Shown here one piece after another: positions 1-6,408 of a stretch of 7,242 nt of DNA (positions are counted from its first letter, which is position 1; each line of letters starts with the position of its first letter). Source of the DNA: a virus. Taxonomy: Duplodnaviria; Heunggongvirae; Uroviricota; Caudoviricetes. The stretch lies in the IMG/VR virus record IMGVR_UViG_2690316028_000008, one strand, 5' to 3'. A program made the translations under genes and the position numbers. The notes beneath the pieces were generated by a model that did not search any database, had not been told where the DNA came from, and saw only the letters and a list, made by a program, of their open reading frames with translations.

Positions 1-157
1 CCTCTGACTGAGAGTTTACTCACTTAGCCGCGTGTCCACTATTGCTGGGTAAGATCACACATAGTAGCCTTTTAATTTGTATAAGTAGCAGCAGAGCCGA
101 AGTGCAAGGAAAACGTTGTGAGACGATGACGATATACAGAGCAATCATATATAATAT

Positions 158-182
158 GAAGAAAGAGCCGTGCTTGCGGCTC
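158..182 (-). terminator. Candidate rho-independent terminator downstream of the OLD-family gene
   Basis: Inverted repeat GAGCCG (165..170) / CGGCTC (177..182) with a 6-nt loop. On the minus strand it starts 7 nt after the TAA stop (192..190) of the OLD-family gene and is followed by TTTCTTC (164..158). The stem is short (6 bp, 7 with a G-U pair) and the T-tract is interrupted, so confidence is only moderate. Confidence 0.5.
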
Positions 183-189
183 CAAAATG

Positions 190-1977
190 TTATAATTTCG
201 CATATATAGCATTAAACCAAGTTAATGTCTCGCCTTTTGCATCACTTGCAGTGAGCATTTGATAACTCATTTTTCCTGTAGCAAATTTATTTATCTTCTT
301 CTTCGCTTTACTTTCATTATAACGTGTTAAAGCAGATACCTCTGTTGATACATCTGTCGTATCATCTATGGTTATGTTTACACCAAACACCGCCTGAATA
401 GCATCAGGATGTAAATAATTTTCCATTTCCCTTTTTTCAGTCATGAATGCTATGGAACCATCATTTCTAGCATTTACTGACTTACATTCTTTTTCATACT
501 GAGGAGGGATGGCAACATCTCTATCATAGATGTGAACCTCAGGTTTATTTAGAATTTTTAAGTCATTATTATTAACCCAATCTTTAAGAGTATGTCCCCC
601 CATTGGAATGAAAACTATACGCGGATCATTTATCATATCAGGAACATTTGGAACACCTTGGTCGAGATAAATTTTACCGATATTCCTTAAAAAGTTTATA
701 TCATTAGGGCCTTCAACGCATACAAGAACAGATGCCCTACTATCAGGGTATACGCCAAGATCATTCGCTATGTTCTTTAGCACATCATCATTACCATTTT
801 TAACCTCTAAACCATCATCGAGTGTTCGGGTTATATGGCGTAGAGATTCTGTAGGTATCTTTTCCACAAGTGCAGGGACGTGGGTGGTAATCAATACTTG
901 GCATTTATCAGCATTTGCTAATTCTTGAAATGCATCAATAAGAAGTCTTTGATTAGATGGGTGTTGAGATGTTTCAGGTTCTTCAATTGCATAAATAACT
1001 CCTTTATCTGGGAATTCTTTTTGCAATCTTTCTGCTTCCGCTTTAAAAAAACTAATCAGGACTAAACGTCTAACACCACTACCACGTTTATTGATAGCTA
1101 TTCCTCTATCATCTTCCAATGTTAGCTTGAAAATATTTTCCCACTTAGGTTCCACTTTAAACTTTGGGATTAACCCGGCAGCAAGATTAGGAGATATATC
1201 ATGTAAATGTTTAATTGTGTTTTCAGCCACTTCAACTGCATGTTCTTTTACGCTTTCTTTAATGGATTCAAGTTGAATGTCAATCTTCTGCAATGCTGTT
1301 TGAACCGCTGACTTCATAGGATCCTGTACTTCTGATTCTTCATCGGTACTCGGCCTGTCTGCGCGGAATAATGCAAAGTGAGGGAGTTTGTCATATATTT
1401 TTTCACAAATAACCTTGCCCTCCTCAGCATTTAATTTAACGAAGATTTCTTTAAGCTTTAAATCTCCAATTTTCCTGTAAATTTCTTGTCTTAAACTAAC
1501 ATTGGACCTTTTATCAGCTCCATCAACACCAATAGATTCGGCAATTACTTTAAGTTCATCATTTTTTTTAGCAAGTAAAGATTTCGCGCCTTTTGCTGAG
1601 GGAGCCATACATTTAGCTTGAACGCTGCTAGATCCCTTACCTTTTGCAAATACTCTATATATTTCTAGCTTTCCATTACTATTTAATAAATATTCTTCTT
1701 TAAGGTTAGTTATAGATGTGGCATCCAAAACTATAGGTATATCAGCTCCTGAAAAGATACATCCAATTGACACGTCTTCATTTTCCACGCTATCGACACA
1801 TTTATCGGTAGCATCATATTTACATAGTTTATGTTCAAAGAAGACACCAAATGCGTCTAAGATAGTTGTTTTACCAACATCATTACGACCAACTAATGCA
1901 GTTAGTGAGTTAATGTCAATGCTATGTTCTCCATGATAGCCACGAAAGTTCTATAAGATTAGTTTTTCAAGTTTCAT
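190..1977 (-). pseudogene. OLD-family ABC-type ATPase + TOPRIM nuclease (class-1-like, stand-alone), frame interrupted by an in-frame TAG at codon 9
   Basis: The uninterrupted ORF 190..1788 (532 aa in the track, GTG-initiated) continues in the same frame upstream to ATG 1977..1975. That ATG has a GGAG Shine-Dalgarno (1987..1984) 6 nt upstream. My hand translation of 1977..1789 is MKLEKLIL*NFRGYHGEHSIDINSLTALVGRNDVGKTTILDAFGVFFEHKLCKYDATDKCVDS. The NFRG strand and Walker A (GRNDVGKT, 1890..1867) typical of OLD/ABC-type ATPases therefore lie upstream of the track ORF, separated from the ATG by TAG at 1953..1951. Downstream motifs are the ABC-signature-like KRGSGVRRL, Walker B VIYAIEEPE and H-loop ITTH. 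A C-terminal TOPRIM follows: VCVEGPND (Glu codon 714..712), IYDRD and EMENYL. No helicase or other partner gene is adjacent. Confidence 0.8.
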
Positions 1978-1983
1978 AAAAAT

Positions 1984-2033
1984 CTCCATTTTTAAAAATT
2001 AAAATTTTATTTTTTAAAACTTACGCATTCGAA
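1984..2033 (-). promoter_or_regulatory. Candidate sigma70-like promoter plus RBS of the OLD-family gene
   Basis: Minus strand reads TTCGAA (2033..2028), 18 nt, TAAAAT (2009..2004), about 20 nt upstream of GGAG (1987..1984) and ATG 1977. The region is so AT-rich that such hexamers arise easily. The 340-bp gap to the upstream gene is the main argument for an independent promoter. Confidence 0.25.
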
Positions 2034-2317
2034 AAAACATTTGATTTTGTTGTATTCGAAGTAACAAGAACAATTTATAAAATTAGTTCAATCGAAGTCT
2101 TGGGTAAGACGCTTTTTCTCTTTAACAAAACGGATAACTACGCATTGGACAATAGATACTTTAGGAAACACGCGGAAAAATTGTAACGTTTTGCTCATTC
2201 TAGACCTGATATTCCTTCAAATTAGCAAGTTCGAGAGATAAGGGGAAATTACGATAGTCTACCAGAATCATTTCACACCTGCTCTAAACAATATGCAGAA
2301 AATAATATATGTATTTA

Positions 2318-2980
2318 TTAGTAAAGTTCTCCAGTTCCCTGATCTACACGTTTATAGAAATCAGAAAAATTACATGGGTCAGATATAACTGAGTTTTTAT
2401 CACTACGAAAATCAAATTCTATTTTTTTTATAAGATCAATGGCTGGTATAGTCGAATTTAAAGGGATTTTTTTATAGTTTCTAATTCTGTGATATTCAAT
2501 TGAGTCTAAGTCTACTTCAATCGCTTTATTACCAAAATAATAAAAATGATCTGAAATCAACACGTTATTAGAGCTAGTATCTCGTTCAAGATTTGTCATG
2601 TTAAATGAACCATCAGCATTGCTATGATGAGAATCTTCTTGTATCCATTCATTGTTTTCATTTTGATGGTAGATATTATCGCCCAGAATTTGTACATGAC
2701 TACCATTTCTAGCAGGCTTTTTGAGAGAGAACCTGGTATCCTCCCAATAACCATTGAAACTAATTTTTTCTGAAACTTTCATTAATAGGATACATTTTTT
2801 TTTAGCTGATTTTAAATTGGCTCCACCAACTCCGAGTATCCAATCACCCACTTTAGCTGACTTTCTAATTCCAGGTTTGCATGTTGCCAAGGTACAACTT
2901 CCATGAAATGGATTAGGTGCAAAACCAAAGTCTCTCGTTATTGCATAAACATAAAGGTGTGAGTTGGGATCAATTAGCAT
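2318..2980 (-). CDS. Nmad2-family protein (nucleotide modification associated domain 2), biochemical function unknown
   Basis: 220-aa ORF. ATG 2980 is preceded by GGTGG and overlaps the upstream gene's stop by 7 nt. The N-terminal block YVYAITRDFGFAPNPFHGSCTLATCKPGIRKSAKVGDWILG matches the signature I recall for the Nmad2 family (GFAPNP...CTLA.CKP.IR...GDW). That family was defined by comparative genomics of DNA-modification gene neighbourhoods (Iyer, Aravind and colleagues, 2013). The assignment rests on motif memory plus context. Confidence 0.6.
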   Translation of the reverse strand: MLIDPNSHLYVYAITRDFGFAPNPFHGSCTLATCKPGIRKSAKVGDWILGVGGANLKSAKKKCILLMKVSEKISFNGYWEDTRFSLKKPARNGSHVQILGDNIYHQNENNEWIQEDSHHSNADGSFNMTNLERDTSSNNVLISDHFYYFGNKAIEVDLDSIEYHRIRNYKKIPLNSTIPAIDLIKKIEFDFRSDKNSVISDPCNFSDFYKRVDQGTGELY

Positions 2981-3465
2981 ACGACATTTCCACCTTGAAC
3001 TTTATCACGATCCGTACCATCAGGTTTTTCAAAGGAAGTTTTACCTTCTAGTGCGTTGATAATGGCATCACTTCTCCAGGCCACTATAGAGGTTGCATAC
3101 TTTTCGAGATTCTCTGGTAGTTTTACATCGCCTTTTAACCCATTTTCATATACACCTATGATTGGTTTTCCAAGTTGATGAGCTACTTGAATTTCCCAGT
3201 TTACCCAAGGTCTAGTATGTGTCTCTTTCCCGATAACAACTATAACTTGACTAGCCCACCTCATTTTCATTCTAAGTAAACGTGCAATCGTTCGGTCACT
3301 AAGTTTTTTTTCCTCAACTCGTCGCTGGTTTTCAGGTTTCATTCTAATAGAACTATTGCGTAAATGATAACCTTTTGCTGCAGCTAAACGAGAAACTCCA
3401 TCAACACTCGCGTCGTCTTTATGATGATGGCTAACAAAAACATTTTTCTTAATTTCTTTAACCAT
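2974..3465 (-). CDS. TIR-like domain protein of the ThsB / DUF1863 (MTH538-like) type
   Basis: 163-aa ORF. ATG 3465 has AGGA 7 nt upstream. KNVFVSHHHKDD and QVIVVIGKETHTRPWVNWEIQVAHQLGKPIIGVYEN align well by eye with Bacillus Thoeris ThsB as I recall it (KRVFFSFHYQD ... VTCVLIGSQTFNRRWVRYEIMKSIEKGNKIIGIHIN). The match includes the conserved Glu of the W..(W/Y)EI motif. Confidence 0.75.
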   Translation of the reverse strand: MVKEIKKNVFVSHHHKDDASVDGVSRLAAAKGYHLRNSSIRMKPENQRRVEEKKLSDRTIARLLRMKMRWASQVIVVIGKETHTRPWVNWEIQVAHQLGKPIIGVYENGLKGDVKLPENLEKYATSIVAWRSDAIINALEGKTSFEKPDGTDRDKVQGGNVVC

Positions 3466-3486
3466 TTTTAAATCCTTTGTAATTTG

Positions 3487-4518
3487 CTAATTATAAAATA
3501 ATTCTATATTATTGCTTTGATAATGGTATTTTTGTTTAGGCCTTTTATTGTTAAATTTAGTTCGGCATCTTTTATCTATCTCGCATGCACCACTATTTTC
3601 CATGTCCATTAAGGTGTAAACTCTTTCTTCTTTAGGCAGGAAATGGAATATTTCATCCATGTTCCAATTTTCTCTATACTTTTCAGCGATGTTATTTTGG
3701 TTTATAGTGAACCAGAATAAACACTCTTCGCTATTCATTCCATCTCTATTAGAAAAAATCCAATTAATTCCTCTTTCACAACCAGGACCTGAAATAACAA
3801 AGTTCAATTCTGTAAACGGAAAGTTGGGTATGTATGTCAGATCTATGAAAATTTGATATGCTAGAAAATCCCCAATCCCTGAGAATGATTTTAAATGTTC
3901 AAAAACTTCGAACTGATTTCCTGATGATTTTACACCATTAACGATTTTATCTTGGTTATAATAAACAAATTTTATCATTCTAATTACCATATCATTTTCC
4001 GGTATTCCTTCTATATTTTTTAAGTATTTTCCGAAGTTAAACTTCGGACCTCCTAAAATATAGGCTGCACTAAAAAATACGTAGCCTGGTTTTTTTAATG
4101 ATATGTTTATTGTCTTTTCTCTGATCTTTTCATTGATGTCGCGAATAGTCATTTTTGTGAAATCAAAGGGCGCATCAAGTTCATTTAATGTATCGCTTTT
4201 ATTTATTACTCTAAACAAAAATGAATTGAGTATTTTATTTTCATAAGTTAATTTATTGTTGTTTGTTATATTTTTCAATAACCATTTGGTTTCTTTGTCC
4301 CATGTTCTTTTAGTATTTACAAATTTATAGTTTCTCAATATTTTGTCGTCTGTCCAATATGGCGGAAGGTTAAGTATCTCTTTCTTGTAATATATGGATG
4401 TCCTCTCTCGTTGATGATAAAACCATTCCTTGATAACAGCTTCATTCAAGGTAGGTTTAGCGGTTTTAATTTTCATTTCTCTGACATTACAAAAAAGTTG
4501 ATCGTTTTTACTGTTCAC
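3487..4518 (-). CDS. aGPT-Pplase-like protein (alpha-glutamyl/putrescinyl thymine pyrophosphorylase family; putative DNA base hypermodification protein)
   Basis: 343-aa ORF. The start is either GTG 4518 (AAGG 9 nt upstream, overlapping the kinase stop by 11 nt) or ATG 4476 (residue 15). The block IYYKKEILNLPPYWTDDKILRNYKFVNTKRTWDKETKWL resembles the conserved N-terminal signature I recall for aGPT-Pplase proteins (PWT.D.IL...KF.N..R..D..T). The assignment rests on one motif block plus gene context. Confidence 0.55.
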   Translation of the reverse strand: MNSKNDQLFCNVREMKIKTAKPTLNEAVIKEWFYHQRERTSIYYKKEILNLPPYWTDDKILRNYKFVNTKRTWDKETKWLLKNITNNNKLTYENKILNSFLFRVINKSDTLNELDAPFDFTKMTIRDINEKIREKTINISLKKPGYVFFSAAYILGGPKFNFGKYLKNIEGIPENDMVIRMIKFVYYNQDKIVNGVKSSGNQFEVFEHLKSFSGIGDFLAYQIFIDLTYIPNFPFTELNFVISGPGCERGINWIFSNRDGMNSEECLFWFTINQNNIAEKYRENWNMDEIFHFLPKEERVYTLMDMENSGACEIDKRCRTKFNNKRPKQKYHYQSNNIELFYN

Positions 4519-5065
4519 TTAATAATACCTTTTCGAAGAAATGTTTAAAACTATCAATTCCGTTCACATTGTTGTCAAAATGATATTCTGATTTTGTTTT
4601 ATTCTCAGTGACATACTTGTCGATTTCGTATTTTTTATAATTATTATTTTCCCGTTCTATATGTACTATAGTGAACTGATTGTTCTTACACCATGCGAAT
4701 TCTTCATTTGATCTTATGTCAGTAATTATTATATTTTTATTCGTCCCTCCATTTTTTTCTAAAATTTTCAACTCTTCTGATAGCATTCTAATAAATATTT
4801 TTTCTTCAATTTTCCTTAGGCTGTCTAAGCTCAGCCATATATCTCTTGGTGAATGGCTGATAAAGTCGCCGGTAGGTAAGGTTATATTGAGTGGTAACAT
4901 TTTATTTTCAGGTGGGTAATCCTTTTCCATCCAAGGATAAATATAATTGGCCAATTTTTTGAGTTGATCGCTAAATGATAATCTAATAAATCCATAGTTG
5001 GATATCAGATAATTGGCAAGAAAGTCTTTTCCACTACCCGATATGCCCATGAATGCAATTTTCAT
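4508..5065 (-). CDS. P-loop kinase, deoxynucleoside-monophosphate-kinase-like (candidate 5-hm-dNMP kinase or 5-hmdU DNA kinase)
   Basis: 185-aa ORF. ATG 5065 sits in an ATGA overlap with the upstream TGA stop (5064..5062). The P-loop GISGSGKD is at residues 7-14. IIITDIRSNEEFAW resembles the D(V/I)R..NE motif of phage T4 gp1-type dNMP kinases. The substrate (free nucleotide or DNA-borne 5-hmdU) cannot be read from the sequence. Confidence 0.7.
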   Translation of the reverse strand: MKIAFMGISGSGKDFLANYLISNYGFIRLSFSDQLKKLANYIYPWMEKDYPPENKMLPLNITLPTGDFISHSPRDIWLSLDSLRKIEEKIFIRMLSEELKILEKNGGTNKNIIITDIRSNEEFAWCKNNQFTIVHIERENNNYKKYEIDKYVTENKTKSEYHFDNNVNGIDSFKHFFEKVLLSEQ

Positions 5066-6147
5066 AGACGGTCCTTATTAGAATTATTAAAATAATTAGA
5101 AGTTACGCTTAGATTGAAATCATTGCTTAACTTAGTTTTTAACACTATTGGTTGATTGAATCTTTCCTGGAAAATATATGATAGAGCTGCTTCTGCATAT
5201 CCCCAAAGTAAATTCCTTTCAGTTTCTACAAAGTGTTTAATAAATATTTTTTTTAGATTTTCGGTTTCCATATCTATTGTGTCTATTTTATGTTCATTTT
5301 CTGTTATTATTCTTTCAAGGAATGAAACTATATCACAGAATAATGATTTTATATTTTGTAACGATGGAGGGAATGATATTTCATCATCGTTTATCAAATC
5401 TGTCATTTGTTCTTCTTTTCTTTCGTATATTTCATTGGCTTGTCCTACTCTATCATCATATATATGAAGATTTGTTACTGATTGATGTAAGTATCCCAGT
5501 TTAATCTCGCTATCAACTTCCCTCTGTAATATTGAAAGTACTATCTCTTGAAGTAAACTAAACTCGAAAAGATTTATATTGCTCACTCCAAATATTAGAT
5601 CGCCGCTTCTTTGAACTATTTTAATGTTTAAATTTTTGTCAGGAGTGATAAAGAAATGAATTAAGTTATTACAAGGAATATCGACACTATGTTCTATGTT
5701 GTATACTTTTATGAGGCTTTCATTCGTATCTCTGTCAGGCATGTATAAGCTAATGACTGCTCTTCTTGTAAATATTCCTTCTTTTTTGAATTGTTGCACG
5801 ACATTCTCAAGTTGCCCGTGAGCGTATAGTCTTTCCCCATAAGCTGCTCGCCAAATGACACCATCATCTGAGTATTTAGGCGCTCTTGGTAAAAAAAAAT
5901 TTAGATATGGTTTAATTCTGTTGTCGCCAGCAAAAACCCATATAGCTTCAGCAAATGTGGAAAATATATTATTTTTTCGACCCGCTAAACTTAAATGCCT
6001 TGATCTAGGGTTTCGTAAGATCATACTAACATCATAAATAGTTATAGCATCCCCATTCCTTGTCGAAATACGAACTCCTTCATTAAGCACTTTTTCTAGG
6101 AGTTTCATTATTACATCGTTAATAGTTTCTCCGTAAATGACGTGCAT
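5062..6147 (-). CDS. Thymidylate synthase-fold enzyme, likely pyrimidine (dUMP or dCMP) hydroxymethylase homolog with C-terminal extension
   Basis: The track ORF starts at TTG 6153. I prefer ATG 6147, which has GAGG 8 nt upstream, giving 361 aa. Motifs are collinear with E. coli ThyA as I recall it: RNGDAI (RTGTGT), AEAIWVFAGD (ELLWFLQGD), AYGERL (VYGKQW), TRRAVISLY (SRRIIVSAW), DIPCNNLIHFFI (APCHAFFQFYV; Cys codon TGT 5673..5671), QRSGDLIFGVSNIN (QRSCDVFLGLPFNI) and LHIYDD (THLYSN). Confidence 0.85.
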   Translation of the reverse strand: MHVIYGETINDVIMKLLEKVLNEGVRISTRNGDAITIYDVSMILRNPRSRHLSLAGRKNNIFSTFAEAIWVFAGDNRIKPYLNFFLPRAPKYSDDGVIWRAAYGERLYAHGQLENVVQQFKKEGIFTRRAVISLYMPDRDTNESLIKVYNIEHSVDIPCNNLIHFFITPDKNLNIKIVQRSGDLIFGVSNINLFEFSLLQEIVLSILQREVDSEIKLGYLHQSVTNLHIYDDRVGQANEIYERKEEQMTDLINDDEISFPPSLQNIKSLFCDIVSFLERIITENEHKIDTIDMETENLKKIFIKHFVETERNLLWGYAEAALSYIFQERFNQPIVLKTKLSNDFNLSVTSNYFNNSNKDRL

Positions 6148-6369
6148 AAACAAAACCTCATGCTATAAAAACATCTTTTTAGTTGATATAGTTTATTGGG
6201 CCTAATCCAGAATTTGGTCCAGCTATGATCTGGACTAACCGGATAGCACGTTTCAATCTCTTGCCTCTAAGAACAGGCTCGAACGTGATAGCCAATTGGC
6301 TTCCCACTTAGCAAGTGAGACCTCGACCCACGCTACCGCCCTCAGTTGCATAGGCACTGCGTTTGTATG

Positions 6370-6408
6370 AACATTTACAAATGTTACTCATGTTATGGGT
6401 TTGGTCAA
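6370..6408 (-). promoter_or_regulatory. Candidate promoter with overlapping palindromic operator upstream of the five-gene operon
   Basis: Minus strand reads TTGACC (6408..6403), 16 nt, TAACAT (6386..6381). The -10 element overlaps an inverted repeat AACATTT-AC-AAATGTT (6370..6385, perfect 7-bp arms). This would give a leader of about 225 nt before ATG 6147. It is the best sigma70-like match I could find by eye in 6154..6450, but it is unverified. Confidence 0.25.

Noticed and set aside
1-27. Possible 3' end of a plus-strand gene (frame 1 reads PLTESLLT then TAG at 25..27)
   Set aside because: Only 8 codons are visible, which is not enough to distinguish coding from non-coding sequence.
1951-1953. 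The TAG in the OLD-family gene as programmed recoding (pyrrolysine or regulated readthrough)
   Set aside because: There is no pyl gene context or downstream recoding structure visible. A simple nonsense mutation or sequencing error is the more economical reading. Suppressor-dependent expression is kept only as a possibility under the corresponding finding.
2097-2120. Plus-strand terminator-like hairpin GTCTT-GGGT-AAGAC followed by GCTTTTTCTC
   Set aside because: The stem is only 5 bp with 2 G-C pairs. No plus-strand gene ends nearby. On the minus strand, where transcription is expected, it lacks a downstream U-tract.
1091-6037. Seven plus-strand ORFs of 60-103 aa from the track (1091..1276, 1718..1936, 3659..3856, 4680..4919, 5156..5467, 5277..5504, 5855..6037)
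   Set aside because: All lie entirely antisense within the long minus-strand genes. Their products are low-complexity and Phe/Ser/Ile/Leu-rich, as expected from the complement of AT-rich coding sequence. None has a recognisable motif or a convincing RBS, so they are shadow ORFs.
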